Assembly: GCA_963823035.1 (NCBI GenBank)
Contig: CAWGKG010000007.1
Span: 1-64,000, forward strand
Length of the DNA stretch: 64,000 nt
DNA from: an uncultured Gemmatimonadales bacterium
Lineage (GTDB): Bacteria > Gemmatimonadota > Gemmatimonadetes > Longimicrobiales > Gaopeijiaceae
Reading direction: 5' to 3'
Shown here: piece after piece, positions 47,585 through 58,786 of the stretch
Numbering within the stretch: the first letter of the stretch is position 1
Layout: every line of letters begins with the position of its first letter
Program-made: the position numbers and the translations under genes
Notes under the pieces: generated by a model
Told to the model about the DNA's origin: nothing
The model's input: the letters and a program-made list of their open reading frames with translations, nothing else
The model's database searches: none

Positions 47585-48475
47585 TCAGCGCCCGCCGACG
47601 ACCGTCACGAGGCTGTCCGCGGGCGTGCGGAATGCCGCGGACGAGGAGTCGACCCCCACGGCGAAGACCCGCACGCGCCCCAGGGGCCATCCGTGCGGGC
47701 CGAATCTGAACGTCCACAGGTAGTGGCGCTGTGTCTCGTCATCCGTGATGGCCGCCGCGTAGCCGTCGACCTCGCCCAGCAGGTCCGGAGGATCGGAGGA
47801 TGACGCGGGGTTCGCGTAGAAGTACACGCGCGCCCAGGGGTTGGCGAACGTGCCGCTCGGCCCGCTGGCCCGGGCCATCAGATCGATGGACGCAGTGGAC
47901 GTGCAGGCGGCAGGCCCGTCGCCGTTACACACCTCGACGTCGGTCTCCGGCGCCACCATTTGCCAGCTCTCCGCGATTCCGGTGCCCGGGACGCTCCGGG
48001 AGGGCCACCGGAGAAGCTGCGCCCGCAGGAACGACTCGAGGTCGGTATCACCCCGCGTCGCAGCCGAGTCGGCGGCTACCTCAAGCACGTTCCATGCTTC
48101 GAGATCGGCCAGTGAGATCGCTGCCCGACGATTGACCGTGGCGTTGAGCGTGCGCAGGTACCGGTCGACGAAGGTGGCCGAGTCCACGCCCGGGGACGGC
48201 AACATCGCATACAACCGGCTGTACTGAGCGCGCATGTTCTCCAGCTGCTGGCTAGGGGGATCGAACAGCGAGCCCCGCAGCGTGGCGATGGCGTCCGCTC
48301 CAAGGCTGCCCACGCGGGCCCGCTCGCCGTCCACGCACTCGTCACACGTCAGCCATGCTCGCACCGCCTCCCGGCCGTCCTCGTTGAGTGGCTGCAGGCC
48401 GCACGCGGCCGTCGCCACCAGGACGGCACCCAGCCCCGCGAAGCGCAGCGGGCGGGCCGCGCCGGGGATACGCAT
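47585..48475 (-). CDS. Lipoprotein with CxxC motif and C-terminal Ig-like domain (start may be 48496)
   Basis: Lipobox TAAC, WLTCDECVDGE, helical N-half and beta-rich C-half. Confidence 0.72.
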   Translation of the reverse strand: MRIPGAARPLRFAGLGAVLVATAACGLQPLNEDGREAVRAWLTCDECVDGERARVGSLGADAIATLRGSLFDPPSQQLENMRAQYSRLYAMLPSPGVDSATFVDRYLRTLNATVNRRAAISLADLEAWNVLEVAADSAATRGDTDLESFLRAQLLRWPSRSVPGTGIAESWQMVAPETDVEVCNGDGPAACTSTASIDLMARASGPSGTFANPWARVYFYANPASSSDPPDLLGEVDGYAAAITDDETQRHYLWTFRFGPHGWPLGRVRVFAVGVDSSSAAFRTPADSLVTVVGGR

Positions 48476-48480
48476 CGCTC

Positions 48481-49950
48481 CTAGACCGGGGGCCATGGAT
48501 CGGCCTTGCAGACGAGGTTCGGCACTTTGCTCGGAGGAGGCGGCAGGTCCATCACGCCCAGAGACATCACCGGGCACGCAGCGGCGACGTACGGATCGCA
48601 CTGGCATTGCTTCGGCTCGGTGGCGAGGGGATGCACGTGTACGAGCCAGGAATGGCGATCCAGGTTCATCCGGAACGCCTGGCCGAGTGTGAGACCCGTC
48701 CTGGGCAACGCCCGCGAGAGGTCCTCCCCCACCCACATGAGGTTCGTGTAGTCGAATCCGTAGAGGGGCAGCATCGGACTACCGCTGTGCCCGTCCTTCG
48801 GCAGGGGTGCTCCCAGACCCATCAGGTGGCCGAGCTCATGCGCCGCCGTGGTAGCACCCTTCGACGTCGCGGAGATGAACGAGACCGCCCCTTGATCGTC
48901 CTGCATGCGCGTGCACGTCCAGCCCTTCCATGCGTTGGGGGTGATCTCCTGGACGTAGACCAGGTACAGCCGCCGCTGGGTCAGATCGACACCCAGGGTC
49001 GCCATCACCGTCGAGTTCCTGCAGTCGGACACGTCGAAGGACATCGGCCCGCTCCCGATGGAGCTGTCCGCCAGGGTGAACTGGATGCCCGTCTTCCCGG
49101 CTCGGTAGAACGCGTTCGGCAGAGCGAGGGCCTCGAGCCCCGCGTCCACGGCCACCTGGGCGCGGAGCGTGTCGTGCACATGTACTCGGACCGAGATCCC
49201 CACGTCCCGCATCGCCGGTAGCGTGCTGCGGGCAAGGAGATCCTCCCCGCTCGTCCAGGGGGGCACGCCCCCGGTGGTCCCACCTGTGGCCCCCACCTTC
49301 TCGCCGGCCTCGAAGCTCATGCCGTGATCGGTGGAGAACACGGCTACCTCCTGGGGATCGGCGCACCCGTCCTCGAGGTCGGAGTTCAGGTGGGCCGCAT
49401 CCGTGATGTTCCAGCGGAGGTCCTGCTGGCAGGTTCCGTCCCGCGCGTCTACGACGACAGCGACGGGGGGTGTGGCGGTCGTGTGGGGAACGTCCACACG
49501 ATCTCCTTCCTCGAGCAGACTGATCTCGGCCGGCGCGCTAGTCAGGCTACCGCCCGAAACCGTGACTTTGAAGGAGCCTCCGTCGGGAGCGGTGGTCGGC
49601 AACTTGACGACGGCCTCATCTCCAGAGTGCACGATCGAAGCCACGGACGGGCCCGCGGTCCACACAAGTCCCGAAGGAAGCGGCGTGGGCTCGCCGGACG
49701 GGTCGCGAGCGACCGCGCGGAGTGAGAAGGCCCTTCCCGGAGCAGCGTGGACCGACGCGGGAACGACGAGCAGTGTGGCCGCGGGAGGTGGGGGCGTGGT
49801 GACAGGAGGCGTCGGTGGAGGAGTCGGACCTCCCCCTCCGCCTCCGTTTGGACACGCTGCCGCGACGACGGACGCGCAGACGGCGCCTATCCGGCGGGCC
49901 CGACGCCGGTAGCGTGGCTGCTGCGGATCGGCACGGCGCTCGTACTTCAT
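48481..49950 (-). CDS. Putative metzincin-type zinc metalloprotease lipoprotein
   Basis: Lipobox AAAC, Pro-rich linker, Ig-like domain, AHELGHLMGL...GH, Met-turn-like NLM and a Cys-rich tail. Confidence 0.78.
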   Translation of the reverse strand: MKYERRADPQQPRYRRRARRIGAVCASVVAAACPNGGGGGGPTPPPTPPVTTPPPPAATLLVVPASVHAAPGRAFSLRAVARDPSGEPTPLPSGLVWTAGPSVASIVHSGDEAVVKLPTTAPDGGSFKVTVSGGSLTSAPAEISLLEEGDRVDVPHTTATPPVAVVVDARDGTCQQDLRWNITDAAHLNSDLEDGCADPQEVAVFSTDHGMSFEAGEKVGATGGTTGGVPPWTSGEDLLARSTLPAMRDVGISVRVHVHDTLRAQVAVDAGLEALALPNAFYRAGKTGIQFTLADSSIGSGPMSFDVSDCRNSTVMATLGVDLTQRRLYLVYVQEITPNAWKGWTCTRMQDDQGAVSFISATSKGATTAAHELGHLMGLGAPLPKDGHSGSPMLPLYGFDYTNLMWVGEDLSRALPRTGLTLGQAFRMNLDRHSWLVHVHPLATEPKQCQCDPYVAAACPVMSLGVMDLPPPPSKVPNLVCKADPWPPV

Positions 49951-50418
49951 GCGACACAATTCCACCGCGGCCACTCCGGGGCAAGAAGACCGTACGCGTT
50001 CACGCTCAACCCGAAGCCGGGTGCCCGTCGGCGCCCACTCCCGTCACCCCATCTTGTCGACGAGCTTCTGGAAGTCGACCGCGGACCGCGCCCGCATGGT
50101 TGTGCGATGGGCGTTGTCCTGCGTTTGGAGGTCGTAGGGAACCTGGAGGCAGAGGGCGCTTGAGCACGGAAAGGGCCTCACCGAGCACGTCGGGGCCGAG
50201 CGCCAAGAGCGCTGTCCCATTGTGAGCGTGGGGTGGCTGCTAGGCAGCACCGTCGGCTATGAGCGATGGGAGATGATGAGGGTCAACACAATTGTGCCCT
50301 AGTCCCGTCGGCTGCCATCGCTAACGAAAAGGCGCCATCAGCCTGAAGGCTCGAGCCAATGCCCGGTATGGGCGACGGCACTGTCGGCAGGCGTCGGATG
50401 GCACGGCGCCTTCAGGTC

Positions 50419-51763
50419 TCAGGTGCCGTCGATCCACCCGGCGTTGCCGCCCGGGGCGCGCACGTAGAGGTAGCTTCCGTAGTGGCCGAGGACGGGAAGC
50501 TCCAGGCCGGGATCCAGCTCGGAGACCACGGGAGCGTCGGCGGTGGGGTCGCGCAGGAGAGGACTGCGCACGGAGGCCGTGCGGGTCTCGAGCGGCCGGT
50601 CGAGCGTCTCCGTGAGGCGAGCGGCCACGTATCCGGACGTCCCGTCGGGGAGGCGTACCCGGTACCAGTCGCCGGACCCGGCCAGGAGGCGCACGGGCGT
50701 GTAGCGCTCGAGCTCGCGCACGACCCGCGCGCGCCGCCCAGGTGCCGCCCGCAGCCGGATCTCGCCGTCGCCCGTCCGGCGCCAGGCGCCCAGGACGCTC
50801 ACGTCGGCCGTCAGCTCGGCGAGGGTGCCGCGGGGCTGTCGGAGGTAGGGCGCGGGGTCCACGGCGCCCTCTCCGCGGCGGTAGACGCCGAAGTGAAGGT
50901 GGGGATGGGTGGTGCGGGCGTTCCCCGTGTTGCCCACGAAGCCGAGGACGTCTCCGATGCGCACGCGCTGGCCCGGACGCACCGCCTGGCTGTCGAGGTG
51001 CGCGAAGTAGAGGCTGGCGTTGCGCGCCGGATCGCGGACCCACACGACCTTCCCACCCAAGCGGGTGACCTCGACGCGGCGGACCACGCCGTCGGCCGCC
51101 GCCAGCACCGGCGTGCCGCGTGGCGCGAAGATGTCGACGCCTTCGTGGCTCCGGCGCCCCGCGTCGCGGTCCGCCCCCCAGCCGCTCAGAATCGCTCGCT
51201 CGTTCCGACCCTCGACGGGGAAGGCGAGCTGCGCCTCCAGGCTCAGGGTGACCGTGAAGTTCCCCCCACGCAGCAGCTCCGGCTGAACGCGCAGGACGAA
51301 GTCTCCATCGCGCCAGGGCTCGTACTCGAAGTCACCGGGAACCGTGTCGACCGAGAGGACGGGGCGGAGCGCGTCCATGGAGTCGTCGGGCATCCGGAAG
51401 AGGTCGACGAACACGCGCGTCCCCTCGGTCGTGGTCACCCCCACGTGGGCGGTCAGGCGCTGGCCGCGGCCGATGTGCATCCGGTAGGCGGCTGCGCCGG
51501 CCTCGTCGGGCGCGATGTACCCCTCTTCCTGGAAGGGGAGCTGCACGATGGGTGCTCCCGCCACGGCGGCGCGGCTCGCGGAGATCCACGCCTCCACCAG
51601 GGCCGTACCGGCCAACCCGGCGTCGGAGAGCGCGGCCAGATAGGCCTCGTGAGGCGTCCGGTCCCGCCAGCGGTCGTGCGCTTTGCTCGACCTGTTCGCA
51701 GCCGCCCGTCGCGAGCACGAGGGCGAGGCCGAGGATGGCATGCAGTCGGAGTGACGGCTTCAT
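50419..51763 (-). CDS. M23 peptidase lipoprotein with SH3-like domains (frameshift ~51683)
   Basis: HEGVDIFAPRGTPV, YFAHL and GNTGNA...HLHFG. The signal peptide MKPSLRLHAILGLALVLATGGC is in a neighbouring frame. Confidence 0.88.
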
Positions 51764-51958
51764 CGTGCGTCGTTTGGGGGGGATGGAAGGCCGTACGACT
51801 ACCGTACGCGGCGCGACGGGAGGAGGTTCCCGACGTCCGCGCCGGACCGGCCGGCCGGCCGCCGCGCCCGCCGACGGCGAATTGAAGGTCGGGGGGCGCC
51901 TCCGTTAGCTTTTCAAGCTATTCCGTCAGCACGCATGCCGCACGGCACATGGAGTCCC

Positions 51959-53230
51959 GTGGTCCGTATCGCCGAAATCGAAGCCGGGAGCATCGCCGAG
52001 GAGTTGAGCCTCGAGATCGGCACGCGCGTCATCCGCATCAACGGTGAGCGCGTGCGCGACGGCATCGACCTCACCTTCCTCCTCGCCGACACGGCGCTCG
52101 AGCTCGAGACGCTGACGCCGGCGGGGGAGTCCGTCGTCTACGACATCGAGCGGGAGCCGGGCGCGCGGGTGGGCATCGTGCCGGCTCCGGACACCGTGCG
52201 CGAATGCGCGAACAAGTGCGTGTTCTGCTTCATCGACGGCAATCCCGAGGGCGTACGGCAAACCCTCTGGCTGCGCGACGACGACTTTCGCCTCTCCTTC
52301 ACGTACGGCAGCTACGTCACGCTGACCAACCTGGGACCGAAGGGGCTTCAGCGGCTGGTGGACCAGCGCATCTCCCCCCTCTACGTCTCCGTGCACGCCA
52401 CGGAGCCGGAGGTGCGGGAGCGTCTGTTGGTGAACGACCGCGCCGGTCTGATCATGGATCACCTGCGCTTCTTCCTCGAAGGCGGACTCGAGGTGCACAC
52501 GCAGGTGGTGCTCTGTCCCGAGTGGAACGACGGCGCCCACCTGGAGCGCACGATCGAGGACCTGTGGGGGCTGGGCGACGGGATCCGCTCGCTCTCCGTG
52601 GTGCCCGTGGGCCTCACGCGCTACAACCTCGATCGGCCGGTGCGTCTCCTCCGCGAGGAAGAGGCCCGTGCGGCGATCGACGTGGTCGACCGGGCCAGAA
52701 CGCGGGCGCTCTCCGAGCGCGACTCCGGATGGTGCTACGCCGCGGACGAGATGTACCTCATCGCGGGCGCGTCCCTGCCGGGGCCCGCCTACTACGACGA
52801 CGGCGCGCTCTACGAGAACGGCGTGGGCGCGGTGCGCCGCTTCGTGGACGGCTTCGACGAGGGGCTGAGCGGTGTTCCGCGCCTCGACGGCCGCCGCCTG
52901 CGGCTCGTGACCGGCCGCTCGATGGCGCCCTTCCTCCGCGAGCGGGCGGGGCGCCTCGCCGACGCCACGGGCGCCGAGGTGGAGGTGGTGGAGGTCGTGA
53001 ACGACTTCTTCGGCGAGACGTGCACGGTCGCCGGCCTCCTGGCGGGGCGGGACATTCTCGCGGCGCTGGCGGGCGGGAAGGAGGACGACGTGGTGCTCCT
53101 CCCGGCGGAGGCGCTCAACGCGGACGCCCTCTTCATCGACAGCATGCCCCGCGCCGAGTTGGAGGGTGCCCTCGGCGGCGCGACGGTCCTGACGGGCTAC
53201 GAGATCACGGAGGCATTGGCCGAGCTGTGA
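51959..53230 (+). CDS. DUF512 / PDZ-radical SAM-like FeS protein
   Basis: PDZ-like N-terminus, CANKCVFCF, DDDFRLSF.YG.Y.TLTN and ENGVG. Sits upstream of der. Confidence 0.88.
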   Translation: MVRIAEIEAGSIAEELSLEIGTRVIRINGERVRDGIDLTFLLADTALELETLTPAGESVVYDIEREPGARVGIVPAPDTVRECANKCVFCFIDGNPEGVRQTLWLRDDDFRLSFTYGSYVTLTNLGPKGLQRLVDQRISPLYVSVHATEPEVRERLLVNDRAGLIMDHLRFFLEGGLEVHTQVVLCPEWNDGAHLERTIEDLWGLGDGIRSLSVVPVGLTRYNLDRPVRLLREEEARAAIDVVDRARTRALSERDSGWCYAADEMYLIAGASLPGPAYYDDGALYENGVGAVRRFVDGFDEGLSGVPRLDGRRLRLVTGRSMAPFLRERAGRLADATGAEVEVVEVVNDFFGETCTVAGLLAGRDILAALAGGKEDDVVLLPAEALNADALFIDSMPRAELEGALGGATVLTGYEITEALAEL

Positions 53231-54556
53231 GCCACACGCTTCCGGTGGTCGCCGTGGTGGGGCGGCCGAACGTGGGGAAGTCCACCTTCTTCAATCGGGT
53301 GGTGGGACGACGCGTCGCGATCGTGGACGACCGCCCGGGCGTGACGCGCGACCGCAACTTCGCCCGGGCCGACTGGGCGGGGAGGGGGTTCTTCGTCGTC
53401 GACACCGGGGGCGTGATCGAAGGGAGCGACGAGCCCCTCGACCGCGCGGTCCGCGAGCAGGCGCTCGCGGCCGTCCAGGAGGCGGAGGTCATCCTCTTCC
53501 TCGTCGACGGGAAGGTGGGGGTCCATCCCCTGGACCAGAAGCTCGCCGACGTGCTGCGCAAGACGGATCGCACGGTGATCCTGGTGGCGAACAAGATGGA
53601 CAACCTCCCGAACGACACGGGCCACCACGAGTTCTGGTCGCTCGGGATGGGCGAGCCGGTCCCGCTGAGCTCGATCTCCGGGAAGGGCTCGGGCGACCTC
53701 CTCGACCGCGTGGTTGCCGCGCTCCCGCGAGGCCGCCGCGGAAGAGCCGGAGGAGGGGACGATCCGCGTGGCGGTCGTCGGCAAGCCGAACGTCGGGAAG
53801 TCGAGCTTCGTGAACCGGCTCTTCGGCGAGGATCGCGTCGTCGTGAGTGAGGTGGCCGGCACGACCCGCGACCCGGTGGACACGCTGATGCGCTACCACG
53901 GGCGCCCGCTCGTCTTCATCGACACCGCGGGCCTCCGACGCCAATCGAAGGTCAAGGACTCGCTGGAGTACTACAGCAGCCTGCGCACGGACCGCGTGGT
54001 GCGGGACGCGGACGTCTGCGTGCTGCTCATGGACGCCAGCGAGGGAGAGATGACCCACCAGGACATCCGCATCGCCGAGCTCGCGTGGGAGGCGGGCGCG
54101 GCCGTGGTGCTCGTGGTCAACAAGTGGGACCTGGTGGAGAAGGAGACGAACACCGCGCCGCACTTCGAGAAACAGGTGCGCGAGCGCTACCCCTTCCTGG
54201 CTTGGGTGCCGATCGTCTTCAGCTCGGCCCTCACCGGGCAGCGGGTTCGCAAGGTGCTCGACCTGGTGCTCGAGGTCCACGACGAGCGCGCCCGTCGCGT
54301 CGAGACGCACGAGGTGAACGAGGTGCTCGAGGCCCTCGTGCGCCAGCAGCCGCCACCCCACCACCGCGGGCGCCAGGTCAAGCTGAAGTACGGCACGCAG
54401 GTGGCCACCGCGCCGCCCACCTTCCTGCTCTTCGCGAACTATCCGCGCGAGGTGCCCGACCACTACATTCGCTACCTGCAGAATGGGTTCCGTGCGCGCT
54501 GGCCGTTCACGGGATCCCCCCTGAGACTCCGGATCCGCGGAAGCCGCGACACGTGA
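53227..54556 (+). CDS. der: Ribosome biogenesis GTPase Der (frameshift ~53729)
   Basis: Two G domains: GRPNVGKST/GVTRD/DTGG and GKPNVGKSS/GTTRD/DTAG. KH-like C-terminus. Confidence 0.95.
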
Positions 54557-55168
54557 ACTACCTTCTCCTCGCCGTCTCGTATCTCCTCGGCGCGACGCCG
54601 ACGAGCTACTGGGTGGGGAAGGCCTTCCATGGGATCGACCTGCGCCAGCACGGCTCGGGAAACCTGGGCGCGACCAACGCCCTGCGGGTCTTCGGGTGGA
54701 AGTGGGCGCTGCCGGTGATGGTGGTGGACATCGCCAAGGGCTACGTCCCGGTCCGCCTCCTGCCGACGGTGTCCCACGCCTCGTTCGGATGGGTGCTCGC
54801 GTTCGGCGCGGCGGCGATCCTCGGCCACATGTTCTCGCTCTGGGTGGGCTTCCGCGGCGGAAAGGGCGTGGCCACCAGCGGGGGCGTCTTCCTCGGGCTC
54901 GCACCGTGGGCCGCGCTGGGCGCCTTCGCGGTGTGGGCGGTCGTGCTGCTCGTGCACGCGCTACGTGTCGGTCGCCTCGATGGGCGCGGCGCTCTCGCTC
55001 CCGGCGCTCGTCGCGCTCACGCCCCACCAGGGCGGCGGCGGCATCCTCGGGTTCACCGTCGCGCTGGCGCTCGTCGTGGTATGGGCCCATCGCGCCAACG
55101 TTCGCCGCCTGATGCGGGGAGAGGAGCACCGCGTCGGCGGGGGGGCCCCCGCGGAGCGAGCCTCGTGA
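54553..55168 (+). CDS. plsY: Glycerol-3-phosphate acyltransferase (frameshift ~54955)
   Basis: GSGNLGATN, GHMFS..GFRGGKGVAT and HRANVRRL..GEE. Confidence 0.93.
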
Positions 55169-56179
55169 GCGAGCGCGGTCCGCGCGGCCGTGGTCGGGGC
55201 GGGGAGCTGGGGTACGGCCCTCGCCGCGCTGCTCGCCAAGCGAGGGCACGACGTCTTGCTCTGGTCGTTCGAGGAGGACGTCGCCCGCGCCATCAACGAG
55301 GACCACGCCAACCCCTACCTGGCCGACACCACCCTCCCACCCACGCTGCGCGCCACGCAGGAACTGGGCGAGGCCGTTCGCGGGGCCGAGCTGGTGGTGT
55401 CCGTGAGCCCCTCCCAGTTCGTCGGACGGGTCATGGCGGACGCGGCCCGGCATCTGGGCCCCGACGCCCTGGTGGTGAGCGCATCGAAGGGGCTGGAGAT
55501 CGACACCCTCCGGCGCATGGACGAGGTGCTCGGGGCGCTGCTGCCAGCCTCCGTGATGGCGCGCTTCTGCGTCCTGTCGGGACCGAGCTTCGCGATCGAG
55601 GTGGCGAACGAAGCCCCGACGGCCGTGGTCGTGGCCTCCCACGACGAAGACGCCGCGCGCACCGTGCAAGCCCACTTCCAGACCGGCTACTTCCGTGTCT
55701 ACACGAACACGGACGTGGTGGGTGTCGAGCTCGCCGGCGCGCTCAAGAACGTCATCGCCGTGGCGGCCGGCGTGACGGCCGGGCTCGGGTATGGTCACAA
55801 CACCCAGGCGGCCCTCGTCACGCGCGGCCTCGCGGAGATCACGCGGCTGGGTGTGGCGATGGGCGCGCAGAGGACTACCTTCTCGGGGTTGGCGGGCATG
55901 GGCGACCTCGTGCTCACCTGCACGGGGAGCCTGAGCCGGAACCGGACGGTCGGGTACCGGCTGGGGCGGGGGGAGACGCTCGCAGCCATCCTCTCCGACA
56001 TGAAGGCCGTGGCCGAGGGCGTGAAGACGGCGCAGGCGGCCTACGCTTTGGCCATGCGGCACGAGGTGGAGATGCCGATCGCGGAGCAGGTGTACGCCAT
56101 CGTGCACGAGGGGCGGGATCCCGCGGAGGCGCTCCGGACGCTGATGACGCGCGATCCCAAGCCGGAAGAGTGGTCGTGA
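55165..56179 (+). CDS. gpsA: NAD(P)H-dependent glycerol-3-phosphate dehydrogenase (probable frameshift in first codons)
   Basis: GAGSWGTALA, SGPSFA, GALKNVIA and GDLVLTCTGSLSRN. Confidence 0.95.
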
Positions 56180-56199
56180 ACGCGCAACCAGGATTCGTC

Positions 56200-56571
56200 A
56201 TGAACGAGCCCATCGCGAAGAAGGCCTACTACTCCATCGGCGAGGTATGCGACCTCACCGGCCTCAAGCCGCACGTCCTCCGCTACTGGGAGACGCAGTT
56301 CGACGTCCTGAGCCCCACGAAGAACCGAGCCGGCAACCGTGTCTTCCGCCCCAAGGAGATCGAGCTCGTCCTCCTGGTCAAGCACCTCCTCTACGAGGAG
56401 AAGTACACGATCGAGGGGGCCCGCAAGAAGCTGCAGGAGATGCGATCGTCCGGAGAGATCGAGGGAGAACGCCAGGAGGTGCTCGAGCCCGAGGTGCTGT
56501 CCGGGATGAAGGTCGAGCTCCAGGCCCTGCTCGACACCCTGACACCCTCCGAGCCCTCTCCCGAGGTCTGA
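56200..56571 (+). CDS. MerR-family HTH regulator
   Basis: YYSIGEV....LKPHVLRYWETQF..L.P.K...GNR and LLYEEKYTIEGA. Confidence 0.9.
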   Translation: MNEPIAKKAYYSIGEVCDLTGLKPHVLRYWETQFDVLSPTKNRAGNRVFRPKEIELVLLVKHLLYEEKYTIEGARKKLQEMRSSGEIEGERQEVLEPEVLSGMKVELQALLDTLTPSEPSPEV

Positions 56572-56598
56572 CGAGGGCTCCGACCGTCCCACGACGCC

Positions 56599-57348
56599 AT
56601 GAACATCCTGTGCACCAACGACGACGGGTACCTCGCCACGGGCATCCGCGTGCTCGCGGCCGCGGCCGCCCCGCTCGGTTCCGTCACGACCGTCGCGCCC
56701 GACCGCGAGCAGAGCGCGACCAGCCACTCGCTCACCCTCCACCATCCGCTGCGTGCCCGCCGGACCGTGGACGGCACGTTCATCGTCGACGGAACGCCGA
56801 CCGACTGCGTGATCCTGGCCCTCAACGAGCTCATGGCGGAGAAGGCGGACGTCTGCGTCTCGGGCATCAACCACGGCCCGAACATGGGGGAGGACGTGCT
56901 CTACTCGGGGACGGTCGCCGCGGCCATGGAGGCGACGGTCTTCGGCATTCCCTCCATCGCGCTCAGCTACACGGGGGAGCATCACGAGGAGTTGGAGGGT
57001 TGGGAGGCTTTGATCGCCAGGCTCCTGGAGCGGCTGCTCGACCACCGCGACTTTCCCCGCCAGACGCTGTTCAACGTGAACCTGCCGGGGTTGCCTCCGT
57101 CCGAGGTCCGGGGCATCAAGATCACCTCCCTCGGACGCCGCAAGTACGCGGAGTCGATCACCCGCGCCCACGATCCGTCCGGGCGGGAGTATTTCTGGAT
57201 CGGAGGCGGCGTCGCGAACTGGAGCGGGTCGGACGACTCCGACTTCCAGGCGGTCCGCGACGGTTGGGTATCTGTGACACCACTTTATCTCGACCTTACC
57301 AACTATCGACTGCTGGAGGAGATACGCGGGTGGGACCTGGCCCTGTAG
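56599..57348 (+). CDS. surE: 5'/3'-nucleotidase SurE
   Basis: ILCTNDDG, GTPTDC and SGINHGPNMG.DVLYSGTV. Confidence 0.97.
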   Translation: MNILCTNDDGYLATGIRVLAAAAAPLGSVTTVAPDREQSATSHSLTLHHPLRARRTVDGTFIVDGTPTDCVILALNELMAEKADVCVSGINHGPNMGEDVLYSGTVAAAMEATVFGIPSIALSYTGEHHEELEGWEALIARLLERLLDHRDFPRQTLFNVNLPGLPPSEVRGIKITSLGRRKYAESITRAHDPSGREYFWIGGGVANWSGSDDSDFQAVRDGWVSVTPLYLDLTNYRLLEEIRGWDLAL

Positions 57349-58007
57349 ACGACCCCCGCTTCGTCGGCTACCGCCGTCGGCTCATCGAGGACATCCGGGC
57401 GCGCGGCATCGACGACCTCGAGCTGCTCCAGCTCTTCGATCGGGTACCCCGGCACATCTTCCTCCCGGAAGGCGTCCTCCCACGCGCGTACGAGGACGCC
57501 CCCATCCCGATCGGCTACCAGCAGACGGCTTCCCAGCCTTCGCTGCAGGCGTACTACCTCACGCTGCTGCGCCCGGGGCGGGACGAGAAGGTCCTGGAGA
57601 TCGGCACGGGCAGCGGCTACCTCACGGCGCTCCTGGCCCTCATGGCCGACCGCGTCTACTCGGTGGAGCGCGTGCGCGAGCTGTCCCAGCGGGCCCGCAA
57701 GGCGCTCGACGCCATGGCGCTGAAGAACGTGGCCCTCCTGGTCGGGGACGGCACGATCGGATGGAAGAAGTACCAGCCCTTCGACGTGGTGGTCGTGTCC
57801 GCCGCTTCGCCTTCGATCCCACCGGCGCTGGTGGACCAGCTCGGCGACGGAGGTCGCATGCTCATCCCGGTGGGATCACGGGAGTCGCAGGAGCTCCTCC
57901 TGGTGCGCAGGGAGGGGGAGGTGGTCCACGAGGAGGCCGTTCGGGGCGACTGCACGTTCGTGCCGCTCCTCGGCCGATTCGCCTGGCGCGAGGAGACGGG
58001 ACCGTGA
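57330..58007 (+). CDS. pcm: Protein-L-isoaspartate O-methyltransferase
   Basis: VPRHIF, AYED..IPIG, VLEIGTGSGY and FVPL. Follows surE. Confidence 0.95.
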   Translation: MGPGPVDDPRFVGYRRRLIEDIRARGIDDLELLQLFDRVPRHIFLPEGVLPRAYEDAPIPIGYQQTASQPSLQAYYLTLLRPGRDEKVLEIGTGSGYLTALLALMADRVYSVERVRELSQRARKALDAMALKNVALLVGDGTIGWKKYQPFDVVVVSAASPSIPPALVDQLGDGGRMLIPVGSRESQELLLVRREGEVVHEEAVRGDCTFVPLLGRFAWREETGP

Positions 58008-58672
58008 GCGCGCCCGACGAGCCCGAGGTGGCCGCGACAGCGGACGCGGGAGGCGGCCGACCGGCCTCCGGACGCCGCCGAAGTTGGATCCGGCGGCTCT
58101 ACGACTGGGTGCTGCACTGGGCGGACACGCCCTCGGGCCCCACGGCGCTCTTCCTCCTCGCCCTGGCCGAGTCCTCGTTCTTCCCGGTCCCGCCCGATCC
58201 GCTCCTGATCGCCCTCTGCCTGGGCGCGGCCCGCCGCTCCCTGCGTTTCGCCGCAGTAGCCACCGTGGGGTCCGTGATCGGAGGCGTGATCGGCTATGCG
58301 ATCGGGGCGGGCGCCTGGCAACTCGTGGGGGACTGGTTCTACGCGTATGTCCCGGGCGTTTCGCCCGCGTCGTTCGCGCGCGTCCAGGCGATGTACGACC
58401 GTTGGGACTTCTGGGCCGTATTCCTCGCCGGGCTCACGCCCATCCCGTACAAGGTCTTCACGCTCAGCGCCGGCGTCTTCAGGATCGACTTCCCGGTGTT
58501 CGTCCTCGCGTCCGTGCTGTCCCGGGGGCTCCGCTTCTTCGCCGTGGCCGGACTCATCTACCGATTCGGCCGGCCGATCGCCCGCTTCATCGATCGCTAC
58601 TTCGATCTCCTGGCGGTCGTCTTCGGCGTGCTGCTCGTCGGCGGGTTCATCGTCATCAAGGTCCTCCTCTGA
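58004..58672 (+). CDS. YqaA/DedA (VTT domain) membrane protein
   Basis: LYDWVL, AESSFFPVPPDPLL and TPIPYKVFT. Confidence 0.9.
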   Translation: MSAPDEPEVAATADAGGGRPASGRRRSWIRRLYDWVLHWADTPSGPTALFLLALAESSFFPVPPDPLLIALCLGAARRSLRFAAVATVGSVIGGVIGYAIGAGAWQLVGDWFYAYVPGVSPASFARVQAMYDRWDFWAVFLAGLTPIPYKVFTLSAGVFRIDFPVFVLASVLSRGLRFFAVAGLIYRFGRPIARFIDRYFDLLAVVFGVLLVGGFIVIKVLL

Positions 58673-58786
58673 GCCGGGAGGAGAGGGGGCCGGCCGAGCG
58701 CGGTCGTTCGTTTCGCCACGCCTTGCGGCCCGCTATATTTGCGAATCGATCCTGCGCCCCCGGGGGATCACCGCGGAGCGTATCCG

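Noticed and set aside
50044..50250. Minus-strand peptide ending ...TMRARSAVDFQKLVDKMG followed by a CUUCGG hairpin
   Set aside because: Could be a truncated gene end, but I cannot assign a family or start.
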